64,000 nucleotides of DNA, from the NCBI GenBank assembly GCA_050273025.1, contig CP158636.1:1-64000 (forward strand), read 5' to 3'. Positions within the stretch are counted from its first letter, which is position 1. Each line of letters starts with the position of its first letter. The notes under the pieces are model-generated. The model saw only the letters and a list, made by a program, of their open reading frames with translations, was not told the origin of the DNA and ran no database searches. The DNA is from Cenococcum geophilum (lineage: Eukaryota). Below, in pieces: positions 53,018 to 64,000 of the stretch. The position numbers were made by a program, and so were the translations under genes.

Positions 53018-55643
53018 ATATTTAATAAATACTATTTCCCTATATATAGCTATTTGGTATACTTACTATAGATTATAACTTTAGCTAAGGGCATTTTTAG
53101 GAAGGCTTCCGGAAATACTCTCTAGTAAGTTTTATATTGCTATTTATAGTATTCTAGTTTCAGTTCTCAGGGGGAAGGTATAAAAGCGCGTAGCCAAAGC
53201 TTAGCCTTAATACGATTCCTTAACGCGATTTCCTACTTTAATAATATCCCACCGCCATAGCTGCATCAATTCTAGCCCCGGGCGTGACGCCTTAAGAGAC
53301 ACAGACGTTCCTTCTACATTCACTTCTAGCATTATTTATCGGCACCAATATGCCCGCAGTATAGGTGCGCGATAGCACCAACCTTAGCCTCTTATTCTTC
53401 GTTACAAAGTCACTAGAAGATACATTACAGTAAATCCGCCGGTCCTATAGGCCTAAAGTACTTCCATAACTTAAACCCAAACTAGTTAATACAGACAACG
53501 CCGGTTTAAACTCTTAGCCGCAAAGCAAGGACAATAGCAACTATAGTAGCCTGGTACGGTTTTAGTCTACAGCTAGTATTATAGACAACGGTCCACAGGA
53601 TATAAGCAATAAGAGTACCCGCTATAGGGGCAAAAGGCTAAGGCTAATATCTAATACTTCTCTATCTTAACTGCCTATTAGGTATACTTAGGACTATACA
53701 ACTACACTAGGCCCAGAGTATATTATAACAATCAATAATATAAACAGGCGTAAGGAAAGGGATAGGTATAAGAGGTTAGAAAATAAGCTCTTAGAGGTAT
53801 TCATAACCAAGGAAGAGAATAGTATATAGGATGCATATATGCGGGAGAACGGAAGAAAGCTTAGCTGGTTAGCTAAATAGGCTAACTATATAGAAATAGG
53901 TAGACGAGAGGCGTCGGCGTTAGTCTATAGGGTAAGCGCTATTAGCAACGGCGAAGCTATTAAGAACGTTAAGGCTATACTTACCCACTAGCAAAAAAAT
54001 GGCACTATAGATTTAAACCGGCAGACTGGTCCCCAATTATCCTTACATCCTCCCCAATTATTATTATAGTCCTTAATTGCTTCTATGTCTAGTAGCTAAA
54101 ATATAAACGCGGCGCTATTAGGCTTCCAAAAGGCTTTCTTTAATATTACTAGTATTAAAGCAACCGGAATACTTTAGGAGATTCTCTATCATCATTATCT
54201 CGCATACCTCTACAATTGCTATTAAAATACGGAAGCACTCCTGGATTATACGCGATTAAGTATATAAGGTAGAGGTATTAGTAACGCGTCTTTAGTTAAG
54301 CAGTAGCTCTTTAAGGCACTCTACCTATTTATAAATACGCCTTTTTTATCGCTAGCTAACTCCTCTACTCCATCTAATAAGCAATAGCGGTACTTTATAA
54401 AGTGTCTTTATAAGGGCCATCAATGGTATTATATATAAAAGGCACTTAGTTCTGGCATTTTTGCTCTTATTCCTACATCTAAAATATCTTATTCTTTTAT
54501 AGAGCGGCTCTTATCAGGTATATTCAACGTATTTCTTAACCTTATCTAGCGGTTTTACCCAGACGCTGTTAAGTTTGGTCAACTAATAGAAAACTTTATA
54601 TAAAATACATTAGCGGGCCGGCAGCCACCTTATAATTATCTTCCTATTAAAGATATAAGTGATAATCAACTATAGGAAATAGATCTTTCCGACATACTCT
54701 AGCTGTTTAACCGTTATCCTACGCTAGCTATTAAGGATATTTCTTCCTTACCTATTCCTTAAGTTAGTAGGATTAATTTCTTTCATTATAGTAGTATTAT
54801 TAGGTGTATATAGTAAATATAGACATTTTATAAAAGCCTTTCTAAAAATCTGCAGATTAAGGCTTAGTACGTGGCTTAAATTAAGCGGTCGGCGCTATTT
54901 AACGCACTTAAGGCGCACGGCGAATCGCAGCCTTATCTCTTATCGGCACTGCAATTTTAGCGCACGCGAGTCGGATCGGTGTAACCATCCCCTAATCCCC
55001 CCTTTATCTAAACCAAATCAACCACTCTATTATATCGCGACCGTACATACATATTAGTGGAATTTTAGAATTTTTAGATGGGTAGGATCGTAGCTAAGGT
55101 ATAGCTATAGGCCCTATTAAAATTGCATCCGGATCAGAGCTCGTTTAGGGTACAGTTCCCTTATAGTTTTATAAATAGTTCCACCCTACCTTTAGTTAGA
55201 AACCTTGGCCGGCAAAAATTAGTTCTACCTATAGTACGGTACTAAAAAGGCTTATAATAATTAGAATTAATAATAGTATATAATAGTATCTAGATAAGGG
55301 CTTAAGGGCATTATTCTAGGGCATGATAGCTATAAGGACATTAAATTAGGCGTTAAGCAATCGATTAAAGAATAGGGTAAAGATAAGGGCACAAGTCTTC
55401 CGACAATCTACCAATTATATAATCTAGTTTAAAATATTATAACGGGGCAAGTTGCTTTACGCCTTAAACATACTTTACACCTTAGACAACGCGCATTAGC
55501 TCTTAAAGTTCAACTATATCTAATTATTTCGCATATATACCTATTTAGTGTACTTACTATAGATTACAACTTAAGTAATAGGCATTTTTAGGAAGGCTTT
55601 AGAAAATACTCCCTACGTAAGCTAGGAAGTATACGTTACTATT

Positions 55644-58341
55644 TATATACCCTACCGCTAATTATATTTAGCCCTATATATAACTCTTCTAGTTACTAAA
55701 TTTCCCTCTCCTCTCTATAGGACGTGGTACGCCTTTACCTTTTAGCCGCCTTGCCGGCCTAGGCTTCGCTATTATTAACTAACTCGGATACCGGCCGCTT
55801 TCTTACCGCTAAGTAGACCTAAAACCTAAAAAAGTTATACCACTCGCGACTAATCGCTTAATACTCTACCCTCCTCGCCTTAACTATGCCCGGAGCCTCC
55901 TCTAGCCCTTATACGTAAATCGTGCTAGTAATCTATAATATATAGCTTACCTAGTTATTTACGCTAGTATTATCTATCCCGTAGTTACGCTTAAAGCCAC
56001 TACACTTTAGGTAAGCACGGGATATTACAATTACGGCGTGCCAGTAAAAGGCAATATTTATACACGTTTTTAAATACTTCTCCGCCTCGCGTTTAAGCAC
56101 TATAGTTAGCCAGGGACTATCCTAGCCCTCCTCACCTTTAGCCCAAAGAAACGGCGATAGGCGATCCTTCTTATCAAATATAAGTAACTCTAGCTTCTGC
56201 CAAAACAGGAGAATTAACTACAGATAGTAAACGACCAGCTCGCCCACCTCCCTTAGTAGATAGCGGTAAATAATCTTAGTGTTGCTGACAATACTATAAC
56301 CCTTATGGTAAGCCGTTACCGTACTAACTAACCTATCCTTAATAAAAATGCTCTGGTAGTGCCTATATACGGTATTAAAATGCTATAAGCTTAGGATTTT
56401 TATGCCGCAAGTAGGTTGGCCCAAAGTGAGATAGATAAGTAAAAAAAGTTATTTAAGAAAGTTATTAATCTAGGATACGTACTCCTTTATCGCCGCTAGC
56501 TTCTATATTACTTTTATATCCTTTTTCCGCACCTCTAGGAACTCTACCCACAGCTAATCCGTCTTAAGCACGCGATTAAATATCCACCGTTTGCTATTAG
56601 GCAAACTAGCTTTATTCCAAGTATCCTTAAGAAAACTCCACCCCTTAGCGTTTTAAGTTGGATTATCCTTTAAGTCGCATAGCTAAAAAGTCGGTATTAC
56701 ATCCTCCTGCTTTTTATCGTCATATAAAAAAAAAAGTCATTTTAGTTCTAACTACGCCAGTTCTACTTACGTGCGAACAAAGTTCTTAAAGTCGGTCATA
56801 GTCATTTCAAGCGTCTTATACATTAGCTTCTTATAATCGTCCGACCAATAGATATAGCCTAGGCTTATAGTCATATTCCGGATTTTTTTACCATATACTT
56901 ATAGTCGCAGCACCTAGTTAAAGGGCGATCTGCTCCTATAGATTATAAATTACTCTCTTATTTTGTCCAAAATATCCACTAGATAGTTAATATCCCCTTC
57001 TTCTACTATAATTACGGCCCGTTATATAACGAGCATCTATACTATCTTAATAAACGCTAATAGGTAACTCGTATACAAATACGCGCCCCTAAAAATCTTC
57101 TTCTCCGGGTCTACACCTAATATAGCTAAAAACCCAACTACAGCACTCTTGAAAAGATCGCCTTTTAAAGTATAGTCTAGCAGCGAGATATAAAATAAGA
57201 GGTAGGCATGGTCTAGCTAGGACTTAATATCCCTAAGGAGCATATTATATCGGTTTTAATCCTTCTTTACCCATTACTTCTCCTCCGCTTTTACGGCTAA
57301 CAGCTCCTCTCTATACCCTATCATTCGGTCTAAATAAGTAAGCTATATAGCGGTTAGCTAGTATAATAACACAATACGCTAGTCTAGCTAGATGGTGCGA
57401 AATATAAAGTATATTAGTCACTAGAAAACTAGCTTATACCCTCTAAATATCGCCTTTTTAAGCTTAATCATCAGCAGACGGTCCTAAGCTCTTCCACCCT
57501 AAATAAAGCTATTAATTCGTGCCTGGTTAAATACGTTTACTTTATCGGCGTATATAGAGCGGTGCAATTCCTTAACAATCCGCTTAAGGCTTTAAGAAAA
57601 CTCTATAAGCAAAGGCTCCGTTACAAGGTCAGCTAAAGAAGCTAAGGGAGTAACTTCCTTAAAGCTATAACCCTAAAGGTATTAAGGCTAATAAGTTATC
57701 TTAAGCCACAGAGACGTCTCCATTTAGGCGGCGTTATCCGAAATAATATCCTTTAACACATTAATCTTCTATAGACCATTCTTTAGCAACTTATTAACCT
57801 AACCCTTTACGAAGTCCGCCTTAGGTAAAGCTTACGCTATCTCCTAGCGTCGCCACATGCCTTCCTCTTCCTCTAGCTAAGCTAGCGAAATAATAGCGAA
57901 GAAATAACTCCCTACGCCGCTAACGAAAAGACATTAGCATATTACCTTCTTCTAACATAGTGGTGCTGGCGCGAGAGACTTAGGCGGGCGGCCTCTGCGG
58001 CCTTTACTCAAAATATACTCCTCTTAGCAATAGTTAGCTATTTTCTTTTCCGCTTACACGACATATGGATACTATAGGTAAGTAAGGCCATTATAGATTA
58101 GAAGAAAAGGTATAGTATATAGGGCTACAGTAGGGGTTAATACGCGGGTAGTTTAGGGATTAGATAGCGGCTTTTATATAAGCTCTGCAATTACAAGCTA
58201 TACTTTCTCCTTACAACTAAGGTTTAGGTAATTAGAGTGGCAAGTCATTAGGTAGGCTTTATAGTGGTTTAGCTTAATAGCAAACCCACAGGGATCGCAT
58301 ACTTATACTTAGTAATGCTCTAGATATTGAAAGAGATCCAT
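55644..58341 (-). pseudogene. TLH-family paralogue without helicase: DUF3505-like N-terminus + tyrosine-recombinase-like domain
   Basis: ATG 58339-58341, MDLFQYLEHYQVWVCDPCGFAIKPNH.KAHL..CH; GQP.RG.EILSL (~56388-56422); SIFIEDGLVSTVTAYHKG; Y(R)HAVIAISR (~56017-56047); QASHTSWIAGTIYAR (~55908-55952); ends in a basic KKRP...KRQRR tail. Confidence 0.82.
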
Positions 58342-59059
58342 TTATATAAACGGTAAAGCTATAAATAGCGAAAAGGTCTTAAAAACAAGTAGATAAGGGC
58401 TAAGGAAATTAAAAAGGGCAACACGGGATTAATAGAGGTTTACGTCCATAATAAGTAAATGCGTAAAATACGCAAAATTAATAGTAGTTTCGCTAATGTG
58501 GTAAAAGGCTTATAGATTTAATTTCCTCAAGTTAGTAGCTTAAAAGGATTATCTAGAAAATAAAATTGCAGGGCCTAAGGGGCACGTTTATTTTACATTC
58601 CTATTAGAGCTTTAGATTTATCCCTATTATAAAGTAGGTATAAGTAAATACAATATACTAAACAGAGTAGTAATTAGGAAGACTTTATATATATTTAAAT
58701 ATAAGACATTTAAATAAAGAAGAAGACTTTATATACTAGGTGTATATAAATAGGGGTCGTAAGGGAACGGGACGAAACGTAAGCATAGGTAAGGAATGTT
58801 AAAAACAGATAAGTCCCGTAACAAATCCCCCCCCCCCCCTCCTTTTTACTTGGTTGTTTTTCGGAAGGCTTTTAAAATATCCTCTTACGCGTATAGAGCG
58901 CGTCGCCTTTAGTATTGGTCTTGGTGTAAATCTGGTCAATTTAATTATTAAAGTAGTTAGTTAATAAAGTCGTTAACACAGATTAATTTAGATCGGTAGG
59001 TCGGTAGTAGAGAGGTACTAATATACTAATACCCTATTAAAACAAGCGAGCGAATAAGA

Positions 59060-60120
59060 GGGGGAGAAAAGGTATAGAGGGCAGGATGGAATTAACAATA
59101 GGGTACAGCTATCTCCTTAACTAAATTAAAATGGCTTAGCGCTTAATCCTTAGCGTTCTCCCTACTAAAACTATCTTATTTTATAATGTCTACTACCTAT
59201 TCCTCTTATATCTTTTTAGCCTAGTATAATACTAATATTTTTGCGACCGTAATTATAGTAGACATTATAGGCGTATAAATTAACGGGTCTTTCTATCTAC
59301 GGATATTATCTACCCCTAATACAGCCGACGCGCTAATAAACGCGCTCCTATACTTATTATCCTTTAAATTATAGTCTAATAACGCTAACAAAAAAACTAA
59401 AACTTAATCCCCCAACCTCTCCTATTTCTCCTTACTCTCTTTATCCTTATCCTTACTTTTCTCTTCATTTCCCTCTCCCTTATTAACTTCCTCTTTAACC
59501 TCTTTTATAATTTCTTTAATCTTCTATAATCTCTTTACCTATTAAATTATAAATCTATACGCCGGCTTCTTTCCTTTTATTCTTTCCCCCTCCCTCTCCT
59601 CCTTATTTTCCTCTTCTCTATTTCCTAGTTTAACCCCCTCTAATATATAGGTCCGCTATATATAACTTACCATTTTAGTCCATACCCTGCTATACATAAT
59701 TATTATTATACCTATTTACATAGTATTTAACGGCTTCTTATTCGTATTATTACCTATCTCCCACCTATTAATATAATTTACTACTAGTAACCCGACTATA
59801 TTAGTATATAACGCCCGCTAGGCCTTCTAAATCACTATTTCCGTCGCCTAACACACCTTAGCTAACCCTTTCTCCCACTTTTCCGGCCTCTAGATTAAAT
59901 CTTTTAACCATTCACCATCGAAATACCCTAAGTGCTTAGCCTAACCAGCTCTACTTAACCACGCATTTATTATATATCTGATATTATCCAGTTAGATTAC
60001 TAAATCTACCTCTTTATCAGCCTTCTCTAACTTAACTACTATATTGGGGCAAATTTCGCGCGATACCTCATATAGTCGCATTCTGTTAAAGCCGGCTAGG
60101 TTAGGTACTAAAGCCCACAT
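59060..60120 (-). pseudogene. Third TLH-family fragment (region upstream of the YR domain only)
   Basis: RIP-reverted NAWLSRAGWAKHL...LLDHDLKDNEYRSAFISASAVLGVD..GWKDPLIYTP.MSA.ITVAKMLVL, homologous to the matching segments of the two neighbours; acidic insert. Confidence 0.7.
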
Positions 60121-60325
60121 ATAGAAAAAGCCCTATTAATATTCTCCTTATCCACAATTAAATAGGTAGGGTAAAATGTATTATAAATTAGAAGATCATT
60201 TCTTAATATAGGCTATATTATTATAGAAAACTTAAAGCGGTTTCCTTAACAACTCGTGACTTAGTTTCGGCATATTAACATACTAAAACCTTTTTTTTTA
60301 TTTTTTTTTTACTAATAGCACCTTA

Positions 60326-60527
60326 TATTATAGTACTGGCAAATTACTATAGATTGCCGCAGATTATAGTTATATAATGCGAAGATTATATAAAACTTTA
60401 AGCGGCGCTACTTGTCCTCTCCTTTCCTTTTCCTTAGCTTTAGATTCTCGTTTATAGACAATCTAATTATACGGGCTTACGCGTCTATCTTATAGTGCTT
60501 ATGCCTTAATTAACTAAGTTGCTAATA
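60326..60527 (+). repeat. Partial or solo LTR of the family at 61562-61812
   Basis: Shares GATTGCCGC...AAGCGGCGCTAC...CCTTAGCTTTAGATTCTCGTTTATAGACAATC...TTAATTAACTAAG; no TSD seen. An inverted fragment also lies at ~42506-42640. Confidence 0.75.
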
Positions 60528-60756
60528 CAGAGCAGCGACCTAACGGTATTTTTCCTTCCGTTAATATAGTACAGGCGTACTACCTAGAAGGGTACACTCT
60601 GTATTACCACTTACGTTTACCTCGGAGGTTTTTTATACCTATATCGCGGTAGTAATCTATATAGACCTTAATTAGGACCGCACTAGACGTTAATTAAGAA
60701 TTAAGAATAAATAATAAATTACGGACATAAGTTGGGTAAAAGGCGTTAAACTAAAA

Positions 60757-60996
60757 GTAGCCTTTTAAAGCTTTGGTCTGATTTCGGCATAACAAATATA
60801 CCAAAATTAAAACAATAAGACCTTTTAGAACTTTTATCTGATTTCGGCATATTTATTATGCCAAAATCGAAATAATAAAACCTCTTAGAATAAAGTTCTA
60901 ATTTCGGCATAATAAATATACCGAAATTAAAACAACAAGACCTTTTAGAACATTTATCTAATTTTAGTATAATAGACATGCTAAAATTAAAACAAC
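60757..60996. repeat. 60-bp tandem repeat x4; each unit has inverted arms ATTTCGGCAT-N7-ATGCCGAAAT
   Basis: Left arms at 60781, 60841, 60901 and 60961; a related isolated site at 60264-60289. Confidence 0.92.
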
Positions 60997-61188
60997 CTCA
61001 GCGATATATAAATATTACTTTCTATCTATTGCAGTCACATAAGGGGATATTTAATTTTTACTATATAATTAGGAGGCGCAGGGCTAGTTCTTAGCAGTTT
61101 TGCTAGTATTTAGCACTTAAATCTGCTAGATATCCCTAACCGTAAGCCTATAGCTATAAAACTATCTAACTATAGTAGTTATACTAAG

Positions 61189-61416
61189 TGTTATAGCACT
61201 AGCAGAAAATAGCAGAACTTAGTTGGTAGAACTTAATAGAACTTTATAATTATATAACTAAAGGACCGTATAAAAGAACCCTACTTTAACTAGAGCTACT
61301 CTTCTTCTCCTTTTTCTTTCTCTAGCTTTAGATCCTTATTTATAGGTAATTCAATTATATAGACTTATATGCATACTTTTTGCTATGCTATACCTTAATT
61401 AACTAAGTCGCTAATA
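61189..61416 (+). repeat. Solo-LTR-like copy related to 61562-61812
   Basis: Starts TGTTATAGCACTAGCAGAAAATAG and ends AACTAAGTCGCTAATA; no TSD seen. Confidence 0.7.
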
Positions 61417-61561
61417 ATGTCTAGCGCTATAAGTTAGGATTCTAGGATAATATTACAAGCTATATATAAATTAATGCTTAAACTACGTTATTTAAAGATA
61501 ATAAATAAAGATCTAGCAATATAATTTGGGGTAAAACTTTAAAGCGTTAAATAGAGTGTAA

Positions 61562-64000
61562 TATTACGGTACTAGCAGAAAATAGTAGAACTTAGTTAGT
61601 AAAACTTAGCAGAACTTCACACTAGTAAGTTGCCATAGATTGCCGCATATTGCGGTCACGTGACGCGAAGACCTTATAAAATATTAAGCGGCGCTACTCT
61701 TCTTCTCTTTTCCTTTCCTTAGCTTTAGATTCTCGTTTATAGACAATCTAATTATATAGGCTTACGCGCCCCTTATACTATACTCGTGCCTTAATTAACT
61801 AAGTTACTAACATTATCTAAAGCTTATCTACCCTTCCTTCCTAAGAAGGAACTTAAATATATTTAAGAACTAGAATAAGAACTAGAACTAAAAAATATAA
61901 AAAGAATATAAAGCCTAAGAATAGGATAAGCACGGACTAGAATTCCTAAAGAATTTACCCGAAATTATCTAATACTCCTACTACTATGCTAAGAAACATA
62001 GCAGCTAGTAAAGCAGCTGTAGGACCTTTAAATACCTTAAATAATAAAATAATTAATATTTTAAACCCCTAGGCAGAGCTAGTAGCAGCTAATACTAAGA
62101 TTAAATAACTGCAAGAGCTTCTTAAAGCTAGAGATACCCCTACTTCCGTATCTAGTAATAAATTATTAAACACCTAGAGACTTACTATAGTCCTTAAGGC
62201 CCTATCCTAGCGCCTTAGCGGACCTACTAAGCCCTATATAGCACTATCACGGTCTATAAAGGTGGCGGACCCCCTATTGCTTATAGATGGAATAGACCCT
62301 ATATTTAATAACTAGAAGCTCCAACTATAGAATAAGCTTAAAGTTAATGCCGATTACTTTCCTACCCCTTAGGCCTAGATAGCCTATATCTTTAGCCGTA
62401 CTAGCGGGGACATCTAGACGTATTTACGCCCGTAATACATTAAGGACTTAGTATAATAGCGCTAGAGCACGTTACCTGCTAAATTCTGCCTAAGTTCTAC
62501 TATATTCTACTACCTGTTATACTATCTTATATTATTAAGTACTGTCTAGTACTATTTTCTACTATTAGCTCGCCTACTAGCGCCTTAGCAGCTCGCGCTA
62601 CTTATTTATTTACACTAGCCCTAGTAACCCCCTTTCCTTTTCCTTAGCTTAGTATCTTTATAAGATAGCATTCTATAAGCTTTAGTTTAGAGGCATTTAT
62701 ATAAGCCGTTATATTATACTAAGCTCTCCCTATATTACCTAGGAAGGCCTTAATAATATCCCACCCTAAAAAGAAAACTTTGTCTATAATAACGCGTTAA
62801 TATATTATACTTAAACACTAAAACAACTCTATATTACCCGGGAAGGCCTAAATAATATCCTACCTTATAAGCTAGATAGGACTAGACCTATCCCTTAACA
62901 CGTTAATTTACGTCCTTAGCTATTAATAAGGGCTTAGCCAATTAGAGGCTCTAAATTAGCTACCTATACCAGAGACTACACCCAGCTAGAGCAATTTAAT
63001 ATTATTTGAAAATTTATACGGCATTATGCGGTATCGAATTATTAAAAATAAATAGCTATTTATAATTTCTATATGGTGTTACGTATACCTAAACACGTTG
63101 TTCCTAGGCTTAGCGCTTAGACGAGGACGCTAACGTGTTAAGGGATACCCCTAGAATTAAAACTAAAGCGTACAATACTAATAAACCCTAGGAAGCTAAT
63201 AATGGCACCTAAAGTAAGCTTATTTAAGAGAGCTGCCCCTACCTAAGAGGAACCTAAGATCCAATTAGGATTAGAAATTAAAGATAATATTATTATTATA
63301 GACGTACATAAGTAGATTTGCGCCCTTATAGCTAGCTAAAAAGCTAATTATCTTAAAGTAAGAAATATATAAGAGATCATAGAAAGCCTTATAGCTCTAT
63401 AAAATAGCCTAGCTTCCCCTTTTTAAAGCCCTAGCCAACCTATTTACTCTATTAAATATAATATACTAGGGAATACGGATATAATAACGAAGTAATTAAA
63501 GTCCATTAAGCTCCTTAACTCCCTACCACTATTTAATAGGATAGACCCTACCTTTAAGAATTAGAGGATTTAAGTATAAGGAAAGCTTCGCGTTAACTAT
63601 AACTATTTCCTTTTTAAAGAAGCTAAAATACTCTACCTCTTTAGTCAAACCACTAGGGACGCCTAACGGTACCTTTAAACCAAGTTTAAGGACAAGTCCC
63701 CTATCTAATTTATATCTATTAATAAGATAATATAGCACCTAGCGGCTATTTATATTAACCTAAATAAAGTACAGGACGCCTAATATAACTATAATCGCCT
63801 AATAATAAAACCGAACTAGCCCTTTACTAAATTTTAAACTTAATTCCTATCCCTTATGGGAGAAGGCTAGGTTCCCCTTAAGAACTACTAATTAGACCTA
63901 TATAATAAGCTAATAATTTAGCTATAAGAGAAGATCGCTATAATCTTAAATAACCTACTAACTTATAATAGACTTATAACTTATTACCTATTATTAAATT
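61562..64000 (+). mobile_element. Ty3/Gypsy element 5' end (LTR 61562-61812, gag ~61950-62451) interrupted by a second Gypsy
   Basis: LTR ends CTAACA; gag KVADPPLLTDG.DPTFDNWKLQLQDKLEVNADHF...MAYVFSRTGGD (~62260-62412). Confidence 0.85.
62452..64000 (+). mobile_element. Nested Ty3/Gypsy element 5' end (LTR 62452-62713, gag ~63200-64000), running off the window
   Basis: LTR TATAATAGC...GCCGTTATA (RIPed TGTAACGGC...GCCGTTACA); gag KSIKLPD.P.L.DG.DPTFENWRIQ..GKLRVN.DHF...MLYLF.QTTGDAQRHL (~63500-63675). Confidence 0.85.

Larger units (their letters stand above)
752..58877. repeat. Dispersed 21-23-bp palindrome family, ancestral form approx. TTTCCGGAAG-G-CTTCCGGAAA (~25 copies)
   Basis: Copies starting near 752, 2024, 3467, 31219, 31548, 32216, 32786, 33054, 33540, 35548, 36328, 37151, 37423, 37955, 38816, 42155, 44241, 44421, 46342, 48478, 53094, 54124, 54826, 55585 and 58857; half-sites near 31590, 40891, 41063 and 42495. 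Confidence 0.85.

Noticed and set aside
55445..55495. Zn2Cys6-like CKVCLRRKATC on the minus strand
   Set aside because: The second Cys triplet is missing and another frame reads more plausibly after RIP reversal.
48660..58341. Starship captain (DUF3435) assignment for the YR genes
   Set aside because: The architecture (DUF3505-like N-terminus, RecQ fusion, orientation toward the telomere) fits the TLH family; no Starship termini or accessory genes were recognised. An HMM search is needed to exclude it formally.
60746..60996. CRISPR-like array or 20-aa repeat protein
   Set aside because: Eukaryotic context, no cas genes, and the sequences between palindromes are themselves repeated; the ORF is just the 60-bp periodicity.

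Overview
This is the left end of a filamentous-ascomycete chromosome: a (CCCTAA)n telomere (1-~280) followed by an AT-rich subtelomere heavily mutated by RIP (C>T/G>A). I found no intact protein-coding gene. All protein calls come from reading frames reconstructed by manually reversing RIP changes, so gene boundaries are approximate. (1) A three-layer transposon nest: an AcademH-type DNA transposon (4314-30630; 17-bp TIRs, 10-bp TSD, transposase plus RecQ-like helicase) contains a gag-only LTR element (6705-24412; 4-bp TSD), which contains a full-length chromoviral Ty3/Gypsy element (11626-20544; 5-bp TSD). (2) The surrounding subtelomere (~280-4313 and 30631-~60300) carries a SNF2 helicase relic, a 3-4-fold tandem two-gene cassette and three telomere-linked-helicase (TLH) family relics. 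Two of the TLH relics show a tyrosine-recombinase (YR) catalytic signature: one is fused to RecQ and one stands alone. About 25 copies of a 21-23-bp palindrome (ancestral form approximately TTTCCGGAAG-G-CTTCCGGAAA) punctuate this domain but not the transposons, and a 60-bp array of inverted-arm/7-bp-spacer sites lies upstream of the YR genes. (3) LTR copies and two nested Gypsy 5' ends at the right edge. The most interesting hypothesis, which is inference, is a subtelomeric YR/helicase site-specific recombination system acting on the dispersed palindromes.
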